From Eledone cirrhosa (Eukaryota), in the NCBI GenBank assembly GCA_964016885.1, contig OZ024744.1:61256001-61320000 (forward strand): a DNA stretch of 64,000 bases. The letters are read 5' to 3'. The position numbers were made by a program, and so were the translations under genes. Under the pieces are notes generated by a model. The model was not told where the DNA came from, ran no database searches, and worked only from the letters and a program-made list of their open reading frames with translations. Positions 1-12,718 of the stretch are shown here, piece by piece; position 1 is the stretch's first letter, and each line of letters starts with the position of its first letter.

Positions 1-190
1 GGTAACACGGTAAAAACCTCCCAGTCCACACTGTAAACGTGTTTGGTGTTAGGAAGGGCATCCAGCCGTAGAAAACCCGCCAGACAGCCTATACGATCAG
101 GACAACCAATCTTGCCTCAAGTGGAAAAACTCCTGTCCAAACCCATGCAAGCGTGGAAGATGGACGTTAAACGATGATGATGATGATGAT
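1..190 (+). mobile_element. 3' end (UTR plus (GAT)n tail) of an RTE-clade LINE, subfamily A
   Basis: Contains tgttaggaagggcatccagc and ends aaacccatgcaagcgtggaagatggacgttaaacgatgatgat, the same 3' end as RT-bearing copies at 1499-2148, 4971-8109 and 8111-9479. Confidence 0.85.
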
Positions 191-222
191 AAACATACAT
201 GTGTATATATATATACACACAC

Positions 223-1323
223 ATGGAGTTTAGTGAGGAATTCCAGATACAAGTAGGAGTACATCAGGGTTCGGTCCTCAGCCCGCTCTTGTTCATTATA
301 GTCCTCCAAGCCACAACAGAGGAGTTTAAGACTGGCTGTCCATGGGAACTTCTCTATGCTGACAATCTGGTTCTTATAGCAGAATCAGTAGAGGAGCTAG
401 AGAATAAATTCTGGCTATGGAAACAGCAGTTGGAAGCAAGAGGACTGAGAGTGAACCTAGCTAAGACAAAAGTGTTGATGAGTAGAAAAGAGGACAAAAC
501 TCTGATTCCATCAGGGAAATGGCCATGTTCGATATGCAGAAAAGGAACTGGCATAAATTCTATAAAATGCACACAATGCAGATCTTGGGTAGACAAGAGA
601 TGTAGTGGGATAGCATGCAAACTAACAGGTAGGGAGAAATATGTATGCAGTAGATGTACAGGGAAATTAGACAGTAGAAGTCGCATTGATAGTCACATTT
701 TTCAAATGCAGGTGGGTTCTATAGAAATGGTTAATAGCTTCCGGTACCTAGGTAATCAGATTAGGATGGGAGGAGCGTGTTCCGAGACCATAGTATCTAG
801 AATAAGGATGGGTTGGAAGAAGTTTAGGGAGCTGCTTTCTCTGCTGACGAAGAAGGGTTGCTCCCTGGGTACGAAAGGCCAGTTATATGATGCCTGTGTG
901 AGGTGCGCGATGCTGCATGGTAGTGAGACATGGGCAGCAACTGCAGAAGATATGCGATGACTGGAGAGAAATGAGGCAAGCATGCTCCGTTGGATGTGCA
1001 ATGTCAATGTGCGTGAACGACCGAGCATGGATGTGTTGAGAGAGAAGCTGTGTTTAAGAGGGATAAATTGTAGTGTGTGAGAGAGAAGACTGTGATGGTA
1101 TGGACATGTGATGTGCATGGAGGATGACCGATGGGTGAAGAAGTGCCAGGAAATGCCAGTTGAAGGAAGACGTGGTAGAGGTAGACCACGAAAAACATGG
1201 GCGGAGATGGTGAGAGCAGACCTCAGATTGCTGAAGGACTGTGACAAGTGGAGAGTTGTTGTACTGAATAGGACCTGTCCCACCCTCGCAAGCAGGGAAA
1301 AGTGGACGTAAAATGATGATGAT
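223..1323 (+). mobile_element. 5'-truncated RTE-clade LINE (short-3'UTR subfamily B), RT C-terminal half, decayed
   Basis: GVHQGSVLSPLLF and LLYADNL RT motifs, Cys-rich insert, FRYLG, MLHGSETW, GRGRPRKTW; in-frame stop at 958-960; tail aaagtggacgtaaaatgatgatgat. Confidence 0.9.
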
Positions 1324-1498
1324 ATACATACATGTGTGTATATATACATACGTGCGTGTATATACATATACATACATACATACCTGTGTACACATATACA
1401 TATATACGTGTACATACATACATATACATACATACATACCTGTATACACATATACATACATATATACGTGTGTGTATATATACACATATACATACGTG
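1324..1498. repeat. (TA/CA/TG)n compound microsatellite
   Basis: Alternating purine-pyrimidine tract read directly. Confidence 0.95.
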
Positions 1499-2148
1499 TG
1501 CAATAAAGATAGATGGTAGCCACGGAGTAGGCAGACCCAGAAAAACCTGGGACGAGCTGATAAATTCCGACCTCACACACTTGCACCTCTCCAAGACAAT
1601 GTCACTGGACCGAGAGCTTTGGCGGTACTCAGTAACAGAGAAGACCCGCGTTACCTAAATACAAAGTAAAACCTACTACAGTCAGTAGGCATCTCTAACA
1701 AAATACACCCCCGTCCCACCACCCTCACCCCATCCACACTGCCCCTTTCAATGTAAAGTTATATTGGTGCCACAAAATCCAGGCCAAAACAAATGGTGTC
1801 ACGAAAAAAAAAAACACACAGTCCACGCTGTAATGTGACCGTGTAGGCAACACGGTAAAAACGTCCCAGTCCCACACTGTAAATGTGGTTGGTGTTAGGA
1901 AGGGCATCCAGCTGTAGAAAACCTGCCAGACAGTCCACGCTGTAATGTGGCCGTGTAGGCAACATGGTAAAAACCTCCCAGCCCCACACTGTAAATATGG
2001 TTGGTGTTAGGAAGGGCATCCAACTGTAGAAAACCCGCCAGACAGTCCTATGCGAGCAAGACAACCACTCTTGCCTCAAGTGGGAAAACTCCCGTCCAAA
2101 CCCATGCAAGCATGGAACACGGACGTTAAACGATGATGATGATGATGA
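1499..2148 (+). mobile_element. Short 5'-truncated RTE subfamily A copy
   Basis: Encodes [25 protein letters not shown]...; long 3' UTR with an internal ~110 bp duplication; (GAT)n tail; near-identical to 8111-8720 on the minus strand. Confidence 0.9.
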
Positions 2149-2811
2149 TGTGTGTATATATACACATATACATATATATGTGTGTATATATACACATATA
2201 CATGTGTGTGTATATACACATATACATGTGTGTATATATACACATATACATGTGTGTATATATACACATATACATGTGTGTATATATACACATGTACATG
2301 TGTACATATATACACATGTACATGTGTACATATATACACATGTACATGTGTACATATATACATATATACATACACATGTGTACATATATACATATATACA
2401 CATACACATGTGTACATGTATACATATATACATGTGTACATGTATACATATACACATGTGTACATGTATACATATACACATGTGTACATGTATACATATA
2501 CCCGTGTACATGTATACATATACACATGTGTACATGTATACTTATATACATATATACATGTACACGTGTATATGTATATATGTACACGTGTATATGTATG
2601 CATATACACGTGTACATGTATACATATACACATGTGTACATGTATACATATACACGTGTACATGTATACATATACACGTGTACATGTATACATATACACG
2701 TGTACATGTATACATATACACATGTGTACATGTATACATATACACATGTGTACATGTATACATATACACATGTGTACATGTATACATATACACATGTGTA
2801 CATATATACAT
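2149..2811. repeat. Microsatellite-derived minisatellite with 22-24 bp units (e.g. catgtgtacatgtatacatataca)
   Basis: Higher-order periodicity visible within an almost pure RY-alternating tract. Confidence 0.95.
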
Positions 2812-4066
2812 ATCACTGATGAAGGACTAACTTTATTCATATGTAACCCATTAGCAACCACGCAGCACGTTTATTCTCATATTTACACATAATTTTTCCC
2901 CCGCTGTGACCCGTCTATTTCGTTCCTACTGCTTCCTCTTTCTTTGTATCTTTACCCTCTCTAACAGTCACTCTCTCTGTTAGCCTCTTCCTCACATTTC
3001 ACTCACTCACTCTCTGTTACTACCTCTCCTCCTCCTCCTTCTTCCCGTTTGACCTGTGCGTAATTCTTTTCTTTCGCACCCTTGGTCAGGCAGGTTCGCT
3101 TTTTTTCCTCTCTCTCGTCTACGATTTCACAGACTAGATTCCTTCTTCCTCCCGTTAGACCTGTACATAATTCCTTCCTTGCTCACATTCCAACCAGGTT
3201 TGATGGTCTTTATTCTCTCTCGTTCACGATTTCACCGAACTTATATTCATGGAAATTTGGGACTTGACTCTTTCTTCCTCACTTTTCGTTGTTTCACCAT
3301 CTTTGTTTGTTTACACTCTCGTGTCCCCTTTATTTACGTATCCCAACGACTTTTTTTAGCCGTTGCTCACACCAACCGGAGGTATATGGTCTTTAAAGCG
3401 ATGAAATACCAATGATGGTTGGAAGATCACTGATGAAGGACTAACTTTATTCATATGTAACCCATTAGCAACCACGCAGCACGTTTATTCTCATATTTAC
3501 ACATTTTTTCCCCCCGCTGTGACCCGTCTATTTCGTTCTTACTGCTTCCTCTTTCTCTGTATCTTTACCCTCTCTAACAGTCACTCTCTCTGTTAGCCTC
3601 TTCCTCACCCTTCACTCACTCTATTACTATCTATCCTCCTCCTCCCCGTTTGACCTGTGCGTAATTCTTTTCTTTCGCACCCTTGGTCAGGCAGGTTCGC
3701 TTTTTTTCTCTCTCTCGTCTACGATTTCACAGACTAGATTCCTTCTTCCTCCCGTTAGACCTGTACATAATTCCTTCCTTGCTCACATTCCAACCAGGTT
3801 TGATGGTCTTTATTCTCTCTCGTTCACGATTTCACCGAACTTATATTCATGGAAATTTGGGACTTGACTCTTTCTTCCTCACTTTTCGTTGCTTCACCAT
3901 CTTTGTTTGTTTACACTCTTGTGTCCCCTTTATTTACGTGTCCCAACGACTTTTTTTAGCCGTTGCTTGCACCAACCGGAGGTATATGGTTTTTAAAGCG
4001 ATGAAATACCAATGACGGTTGGAAGATCACTGATGAAGGACTAACTTTATTCATATGTAACCCATT
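2812..4066 (+). repeat. Tandem direct repeat with ~600-614 bp unit (2 copies plus 41 bp), possibly from a PLE terminal repeat
   Basis: atcactgatgaaggactaactttattcatatgtaacccatt starts at 2812, 3426 and 4026; the two units are nearly identical. Confidence 0.9.
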
Positions 4067-4149
4067 TGCATACACACATACATATATAAGTATATACATA
4101 TGTATATACACATACGTATATATTTATAAACACATACTTAATTTTATAT

Positions 4150-4938
4150 ATATACAGATATACATATGTATGTGTGTGTGTCTGTATATTACCTATAGGG
4201 GCCTACATCTTACGACCAATTTTCATGAAACTTTACAGGCTCATAGATTAGTCATCACGGAGTGTTTTATATATATCAGCGGATCTTTTTTTTATTCCGG
4301 GGTCATTCTGCTGATAAAAATCGATAGGGGGGGGGGGGGGGGGCGGGGGGGTCACCGTTTTTAGGTATCGAAAAATAAGATTTTTGGCTCTAGCTCCGGC
4401 ATTTTGCGACCGATTTCCTTCAAATTTTAAAGCAAAACAGAATTTATCATTGCACATCCTGTAATGGCTTTATATTTTACATTTGTTGTTCAGGGACAGC
4501 GTGGCAGCCGCTTAAATATTCAAAAATACCACCTTTTCGGCTCTAGCTCCCACATTTTTCAACCGATTTCGTTCAAATTCGAAACTTTGGCTCCACCTCA
4601 CACAAATCAATTTATTTAGTTCAACTTTTATACTACTATAGAACCTATCATTGCACATCTTATAGATGGTCAAAGGCAAAACGATGGTCACTGACGTCGT
4701 CTGAGCTTTTAGTTGTGTATTTGAGAATTTATTGGTTTCCAATCAAGAAGCGTGAGGAAATTTAGCATGCCTCTTCGTTAGTCACCCGCGTTTCTCAGTG
4801 ATAGAGGTCATCACCACCCTCCCCCGCATGGCCTTGTGTGGCCATAGACGAGTCATCGACAAGCAGTCGCTAAGATCAACACATTTTCATCAAAGCAGAT
4901 ACTTTACCTACCCAGGCAACGCTGGGCGCTGTTGCTGG
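4150..4938 (+). mobile_element. Probable non-autonomous Helitron
   Basis: 3' GC hairpin cccag-gcaacg-ctggg (4911-4926) followed 8 nt later by CTGG then T (CTRR end); internal repeated ccgatttc..tcaaatt motifs; 5' boundary lost in microsatellite. Confidence 0.6.
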
Positions 4939-4970
<32 letters not shown>

Positions 4971-4971
<1 letters not shown>

Positions 4972-7900
4972 GCTATAAACATTTTCTGGGTGGGAAATGA
5001 CAATGGACTGGGTGATGTAGGAATTATGTTACCAGAAAAATGGGTAGATAAGGTAATTGCCATAAATAGAGTGAACGACAGAATAATTAAAATAAGACTA
5101 GTCCTAAACAGAACTACTGTGACAATAATATCCGCTTACATACCCCAATCTGGACTACCTAGCATTATAAAAGACAGATTCTATGAGCTGCTAAGGCTCA
5201 CTACCTCCCAAATAACCGACAGTGACTACATAATTATTGCTGGGACCTAAATCGTCATGTTTAGACAACATTGTGACGGCTATGATGGAATCCATGGAGG
5301 CTATGGGTTTGGTACTAGAAATGAGGAAGGCTTCAGAATCCTGGAATTCTGTGATGCTAATAACCTAACTATCTGTAATACAAACTTAAAAAAAAAAACC
5401 GAGAATCACTTGATCACCTATAGATCAGGGAAACACACCAGTCTTCTGGTAAGGATATATCCTTACCAGAAGACGTGACAAAGTGTCTGTTGTAAACACT
5501 AAATCCCTTCCAGTGAAGAATGCACCTCCCAACATAATTAGTTAGTGACCTCATAGTCAGGACTAGACATACTTGACAACAGAGGAGGACTACCCTGAGG
5601 AGAAGAATATGGAAGTTAAAGGAACCCACAGCCAGTAACAAATTTAAAAGCATATTACTTGATGCTTTTGACAGTAAGGAAGAGCAATTAGAGACGTACA
5701 ATATAGAGGAACAGTGGGAATTCCTGAAAGTTAACCTGCTGAAGGCGTCAGATGAAATCTGTGGCTGGAGCAGACCTATAGGCAGGAGGAGAGTAACTTG
5801 GTAGTGGAACAGTAAGGCGCAGGAGTCAAATCAGGGCCAAAAAGCAGGCTTGGAAAGTATGGCGGGATGGGGGAAGTAGAGAATACTATCAAGTAGCTAG
5901 GAGACAAGTGTACTTCGCAAGAAGGGAAGCAGAGGAAAGAAAGTTCAAGCATGTTCTACAACGTGAGGACCAAAAACATGAGGTGTTCAGGATTACAAGA
6001 CAATGTGTCAAGGAAAACAGTGATATTGTCGGGGAGAAGTGTGTCCGTAATGATGATGGTGTACTTGCCATCACTGATGGTGATAAGAAGGTAGCTTGGA
6101 AGTGTCATTACGAGGGACTACTAAATGAGGAGAATAAATGGGAAAAAGTCTACCCCAAATCGATCCAATAGAGGGACCATCGGTGCAAGTTAAACTAGTA
6201 TAATAAGTAAGGCAATCAAAGATATGAAGACAGGCAAGGCAGCTGGGCCTTCGGAGATAGTTGCTGAAATGCTGAAAACATCTGGAATGGTGGGACAGAC
6301 TATGGGCACCCGGATAGTAGACTAAGTAATACAGAATGTGATTATACCAAATGACTGGCGTAGCAGCATCATCATTAACTGCTACAAGGGTAAATGGGAT
6401 GCTCTAGATAGGGGAAACTACAGAAGTATTAAATTAGTTGACCAGGTCATGAAGGTCACAGAAAGAGTTATAGCACAATTAATCAGAGAGCGAATTGATC
6501 TAGATGAAATGCAGTTTGGGTTTGTCTCAGGTAAAAGTACCACAGACGCCCTTTTTCTTGTACGACAACTACAGGAGAAGTACCTAGCTAAAAGTAAACC
6601 CCTCTACTTAGCTTTTGTTGACTTGGAGAAAGCCCTTGAGAGAGTCCCCCGCTCCATTATCTGGTGAGCTCTTAGAAAACTAGGTGTTGATGAATGGCTT
6701 GTGAGAGCTATACAAGCCATGTATAAAGAAACAGTCAGCAAGGTTAGAATTAACAACGAATATAGTGAAGAATTTAGCGTAAAAGTTGGTGTTCATCAAG
6801 GCTCTGTCCTTATCCCCCTCCTATTTATTATTGCCCTTCACGCTATAACAGGAGTTCAAGACCGGCTGCCCATAGGAACTTCTATACGCTGATGATCTAA
6901 TTCTCATAGCTGAATCGATGGCTGAACTAAAGAAATTCCAAACATGGAAGCATAGCCTAGAATCAAAAGGCCTTTAAGTTAACTTGTCTAAGACTAAACT
7001 TCTAGTATCTAGAAAGGAAAATAGGGTACAGGTCCTCTCTGAGAAATCACCATGCTCAGTGTGTAGGAAAGGAGTAGGCAGAAATTCCATTTTATGTCCC
7101 AAATGCAAACTATGGGTACATAAAAGATGTAGTGGGATCACAGGTAAGCTATCTAAGAATGTAGATTTTATATGTGGCTGATGCTCCTATTGCCCAGATG
7201 GTTCTATAGAAATAGTGGACACCTTCTGTTACATGGGTGACAAGATCAGCAGTGGTGGAGGGTGCTCTGAAAGTACAGTATCCAGCAAGTTCAGAGAACT
7301 TATACCACTATTGGCCACTAAAGGGTTCTCTCTAAAAATGAAAGGCAGTGAGACATGGGCATTGTGTGTAGAGGACCTGTGCAGACTGGAGAGGAACGAA
7401 GCATGCATGCTCCGTTGGATGTGTAATAGTAATATACACGAACGGCAAAGCATATATGACTAAGTGAGAAATTAGGAATAAGAGGGACTAGATGCTGTTT
7501 ACTCGAGAGAAGACTACGTTGGTATGGTCACGTGATGCACATGAAAGATGACAGCTGTATGAAAAAGTGCAGGGCGATCAAAGTTGATGGTAGTTACGGA
7601 GTAGGCAGACCCAGAAAAACCTGGGACGATTTGATAAATTCCGACCTTACACCTCTCTAAGACAATGTCACTGGACCGAGATCTTTGGCGTTACACAGTA
7701 ATACAGAAGATCCACCTTGCCTATGTACAAAGCGAAACCTAGTCAGTAGGCACCTCTTAACCAAATATACACCCCATCCCACTACTCCACCCTCCCACCA
7801 ACACCACCCTTTCTCTATAAAGTTATGTTGGTACCACAACATCCAGTCCTAAACAAATGAGATTGTGTAGGTGTCACGTCAAAAAAAAAAAAACACAGTC

Positions 7901-8109
7901 CACGCTGTAATGTGGCCATGTAGGCAACAGTAAAAAGCTCCCAGTCGACACTGTAAATGTGGTTGGTGTTAGGAAGGGCATCCACCTGTAGAAAATCTGC
8001 CAGACAGTCCTATACGAGCAAGACACGGTCACCCGACCAATCATGCCTCAAGTGGGACAATTCCCATCTAAACCCTTGCTAGCGTGGAAGATAGACGTTA
8101 AACGATGAT
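4971..8109 (+). mobile_element. Near full-length decayed RTE subfamily A LINE (APE endonuclease plus RT, many frameshifts)
   Basis: EN motifs (ISAYIPQ, GYGFGTRNEEG), RT motifs (GNYRSIKL, MQFGF, AFVDLEKA, GVHQGSVL), 3' UTR and gatgat tail. Confidence 0.92.
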
Positions 8110-8110
8110 A

Positions 8111-9479
8111 CATCATCATCATCATCGTTTAACGTCCGTATTCCATGCTTGCATGGGTTTGGACGGGAGTTTTCCCACTTGAGGCAAGAGTGGTTGTCTT
8201 GCTCGCATAGGACTGTCTGGCGGGTTTTCTACAGTTGGATGCCCTTCCTAACACCAACCACATTTACAGTGTGGGGCTGGGAGGTTTTTACCGTGTCGCC
8301 TACACGGCCACATTACAGCGTGGACTGTCTGGCAGGTTATTTCTACAGCTGGATGCCCTTCCTAACACCAACCACATTTACAGTGTGGGACTGGGACGTT
8401 TTTACCGTGTTGCCTACACGGTCACATTTGTTTCGGCCTGGATTTTGTGGCACCAACATAACTTTACATTGAAAGGGGTGGAGTGGATGGGGTGGGGGTG
8501 GTGGGACGGGGGTGTATTTTGTTAGAGATGCCTACTGACTGTAGTAGGTTTTACTTTGTATTTAGGTAACGCGGGTCTTCTCTGTTACTGAGTACCGCCA
8601 AAGGTCTCGGTCCAGTGACATTGTCTTGGAGAGGTGTAAGTGTGTGAGGTCGGAATTTATCAGCTCGTCCCAGGTTTTTCTGGGTCTGCCTACTCCGTGG
8701 CTACCATCTATCTTTATTGCCCTGCACTTTGTTATACAGCTGTCGTCTTTCATGCGCATCACGTGACCATACCAACGTAGCCTTCTCTCGAGTAAACAAC
8801 ATCTGATCCCTCTTATATCTAATTTTTTCCTTAGTTCGTTTATGCTTTGCCGTTCGCGTATATTACTATTACACATCCAGCGGAGCATGCAAGCTTCGTT
8901 CCTCTCTAGTCTGCGTATATCCTCTGCACACAATGCCCAGGTCTCACTGCCATGCAACATTGCTGTTCGTATGCAGGCATCATACAACCTGCCTTTAACT
9001 TTTAGGGAGAACCCTTTAGTGGCTAATAGTGGTATAAGCTCTCTGAACTTTTTCCATCCAGTTCTGACTCTAGCTACTGTACTTTCGGAGCACCCTCCCC
9101 CCACTGCTGATTTTGTCACCCAGGTAACGGAAGCTGTCCACTATTTCTATAGAACCCTCTGCGCAGTTGAAAGAGCTAGTATTTTGTGGGCACTTGCTGC
9201 TACTTATTGCACCAGAGCACCGGCCACATGTAAAATCTGTGTTCTTAGTTAGCTTACCTGTGATCCCACTACATCTTTTATGCACCCATACTTTGCATTT
9301 GGGACATAAAATGGAGTTTCTACCTACGCCTTTCCTACACACTGAACATGGCCATTTCCCGGAAGGGACCGGCGCCTTATTTTCTTTCCTACAAACTAGA
9401 ACTTTAGTCTTAGCCATGTTAATTTAAAGGCCTTTTGATTCTAGGCCGTGCTTCCATGTTTGGAATTTCTTCTCTAGCT
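8111..9479 (-). mobile_element. 5'-truncated young RTE subfamily A copy, tail-to-tail with the previous element
   Basis: ORFs 9070-9417 and 8562-9119 give the RT C-terminus; (CAT)n tail on the plus strand at 8111-8126. Confidence 0.92.
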
Positions 9480-9635
9480 ATATACGTGTATATATATTCA
9501 CACATACATACACATGTATATATATATATATATAATATATATACATACATGTATGTATATATGTATTTGTGAGTATGTATATATATATATATATATATAT
9601 ATACATACACACACACACATTATGTATATTTATAA

Positions 9636-9740
9636 CCCGAGGTTAACTTTGCCTTTCATCCTTGGGGGGGGGGGGGGGGGTCAATAAAATAAAGTACCAG
9701 TAATACACTGGGTTATTGCTGGCCTAACGTAGAAACAATT
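9636..9740 (+). mobile_element. Fragment of tRNA-derived SINE family 1
   Basis: ccgaggttaactttgcctttcatcc...taaaataaagtaccag core shared with the full copy at 17748-17958. Confidence 0.75.
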
Positions 9741-9789
9741 ATGTATATTTAAAAAAACTTTGTATTACTTGTCTCACTCTTTTTGATTA

Positions 9790-9825
<36 letters not shown>

Positions 9826-10044
9826 GGGGTAACAAATTATTGTTATAGCTAGTCCACTTAAGTGTAGTCCAGTTATGGTACTCCGGGTAGTGGATTATAT
9901 CAACGCTTGGCTAAGTTCGACTCACTCAAAGCATCACTATGGAAACGCCTTGTTATGCTGTAATTCCTATGTTGTAAACACTTGGAGTAATGATAAATCA
10001 GGAAAGAAGAGTGACACGGTTTGCAATACAAAAAAGGTTTTTAA

Positions 10045-10165
10045 TCTCATTGTTGTCAATTGTTTCTCTGAACTGGTAGGTCTAGAGATCGCTACCCGCT
10101 TATTTCCACGTTACTCGATCGCCAATACAAAGTTATAACCAGTCAGTTCATCGGAGCTTGTGAGA
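10045..10165 (-). ncRNA. Minimal type I hammerhead-like motif in the PLE terminal repeat (variant core CCGAUGA; cleavage triplet mutated in this copy)
   Basis: Minus strand reads ucuca-caagcu CCGAUGA acugacuggu...accaguucaga GAAA C AAUU GAC aacaa-ugaga; the sister copy at 14512-14616 retains GUC-agc. Confidence 0.6.
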
Positions 10166-10642
10166 ATGAAAAGAATATACAGGCATGGCTACTATATGTA
10201 GTAGTAATGGCATTCAGTCAGAACAATAACAACAATATCAACAATGCTAGCAATAAATTATTTGAAATAATCACAACAATCTAGGTGGGAAGCGTGTAAA
10301 ACTAGCCGACATGAGGCAGATGTATAAAATTGACATGTAAAAACTGTCGTGGGGGTGTATTATATCTAGTGTAAAGATAAGCTGGTGTCTTTAAACAATG
10401 TTGGTCAGGTGGCCGTAAGAGTCGGTTATTATCTGACAGACGAAGGATTTATCACTGTAGTGAGATTTGTATGGTCTATATTAGATGAAAGGGTTGTCTA
10501 GCTTTCTCATCATCAATAACATACATGTATAAGACAACATTAACAAAGTAGCAAAATAATGGGCAAGTTAATACAGAGGTTAAGGAGGCATATATATATA
10601 CACACATGCACACAAACACATACATATATATATATATATATA

Positions 10643-10702
<60 letters not shown>

Positions 10703-10957
10703 AAGAGAAAACATGCTGACTATAATTATAACAGGAGGAAGGTAAAGTTCTGTTGCAGTAGTATTTTGAAATGTTCTTGGATTTAGGATCAAGTGCTGAC
10801 AGCAGCAGAGAAGAGATATGTTTATGGGTTGATGAGGTACTTAGACATTAGTGTGGTATAGAACTAAGAAGGCTAGAATGTACTTAATGATTATCTGTGG
10901 TGGTTCGTGCAGTGTAGTGGGTATCCTAAGTTGAAAGCTAAGTTACGTCGGTTCGAT

Positions 10958-11527
10958 TCACGGAGGCTTAAATCTTGTGAATTTAGTGGCGATCCTGTGT
11001 CTGCAGAAGATAGATCTTTCTAACTTGTTAAGTAGCCTTTTTACATTTCTAAGGATATACAGTAGTTCTAGATCACATAGCCTACAGTGGGACATACCGG
11101 TACTGTAGGTCTTTGCGGCCGACAACCTCGACCAGTTGATACTGTAGTTAGTGTTGTTGTCCTTCAGTTCCCATATTTTTTTGGCGAGGGTTGTAGAACC
11201 CATAAGTGCACGATTTTTCATCGAGTGTCTGTGCACATACCATATTTTTTTAAAAGTACCCGCGGTGGATCCAATGTAATGCCAAGTGGAGTTGTCTGAG
11301 TTGACCGTACACATGTACACTAGGCTCGAATCGAGGCATCTATTCGCCAATGGGCACCTACCCGGTAGGTGACAGTTACAGTTTGAGGTGTTATTTTGTG
11401 CAGCTTCTACACTGCTGTTTAGTACACTGCTATAAGTGGGTTGTGATTCATGCCCGTTGGGGTTCTGCTGCTGCGCGCTTGCGGTTGTGATGAGTTTATG
11501 CTTATAAGTTGGTGCTATGTTGCACAT
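10958..11527 (-). pseudogene. GIY-YIG endonuclease domain of the Penelope-like element
   Basis: CNCHLPGRCPLANRCLDSSLVYMC...HYIGSTAG...TTLAKKIWELKD...CRLCDLE...LLNK...CRH; separated from the RT by frameshifts. Confidence 0.85.
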
Positions 11528-12370
11528 AGGTGGGGCGGATTCCCTAGAGATATTTCTGTGGTTGATCTTGCGTATGTGCGATTCTATATTTGCTGCCGTA
11601 GAGTACGAGAGTTTTATAGTGTTTCTATTGAGTATTTTATGATATCTATGTGAAATAGGGAAGTGTTTATTTAAAGAATGTAGAAGGCAGTCTGGTTTTT
11701 ACAGAGGAGTTGAAGATTGGGTTGAACCATAGGTATTTTCTTTCTGATTCTTCTATTGTTTCTTGGGTTTACGTTATTAGTGTTTGGATCGCTCACTCTA
11801 GGTGCTACGTGCCTAACCCTATGTCTAGTCCAGTTACCTCTATTTTTGTGTGAGCGGTTGGTGTAGTTGCTATTAGGTTTGTTTAAGTTGTCTTTATTCG
11901 CTATATACTGCAGTTTATCTTTATGTCCAGCTGCGTTATAATAGTTAGCATGTTCATTAAAGATTTCTAGGTTTGAGGATAACCCGGATATTCTAAGGGA
12001 TATACTACGTGCTATGGATCTGATTATAGACTTGGGGTGGTTTGAGTTATAACTAATGTAGGCCAGATTTATTATTTTTGTGGAAGGTTCTATTAATCCC
12101 GTATTTAGATTCACATCTAGAAAGTTTACCTTCTTATGGTTCAGTTCGTAGGAAATACTTAGAACATTCTTCAAAAAACTAGGCCTAATGTTTTTTCTTA
12201 ATCTTTCCATGCTCTGGTTGTTTAAGTTCTTAGCTATAAGGAGCATGTCATCTCTATAAATCCCTCCTTAGAGGTTACTGAATTCCTTATGTAGGTTGTG
12301 TGCTATGAATAGCCCCACGATGTCAGTGATTTGCGCAGAGTCATTTGATCCCATTGTTATATCGAAGCTG

Positions 12371-12718
12371 AAAAGGAAAATCAGAGTAGAGAGGGAAGTG
12401 CTCTCTTCCCAGCATTTTGTTGAAAGATGGGTGAGAGAAGCAAGAATGGCCCGAGTGAATGGGCCTACTCTGAGTATATATCTGTAAATTAAAGGTGGAA
12501 AACTGGGAGAGGGCACTTGCCTTGGTGGTCAGGGTCACTGTGGCCTTTTACTGGGCTTTCCTCCACAAATGTCCCTCCCCTATTGGGGAATTTCATTGTT
12601 TTTTGTTACATCCTCTGTTTTTGTTTTTTACACGCAGAAATGCCCATTTGTACCGTCCTGTATTGTCCTGCACTGTCCTTAATGTTTACTTTATGTAAAC
12701 CCTTGTGGTTAAAGAAAT
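12371..12718 (+). mobile_element. 3' end of a Tx1/L1-like LINE inserted into the PLE RT, with a 19 bp TSD
   Basis: cattgttatatcgaagctg at 12352-12370 and 12719-12737; the insert encodes KRKIRVEREVL... and matches about 36320-36685 on the opposite strand. Confidence 0.88.

Noticed and set aside
1759-2892. Long Y/T/C/V/H/I/M-rich ORFs in all frames
   Set aside because: Stop-free translation of an RY microsatellite.
3395-3445. Possible type II hammerhead using the upstream GAAA with CTGATGA
   Set aside because: No NUH triplet or stem I can be placed correctly.
3056-4015. Duplicated 110-119 aa ORFs
   Set aside because: They lie in a CT-rich tandem repeat, have no recognisable domain and have non-ATG starts.
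10958-12351. Selenoprotein-type recoding, as described for some Naiads
   Set aside because: The shared internal stop is TAA, not TGA, and I saw no SECIS-like fold.
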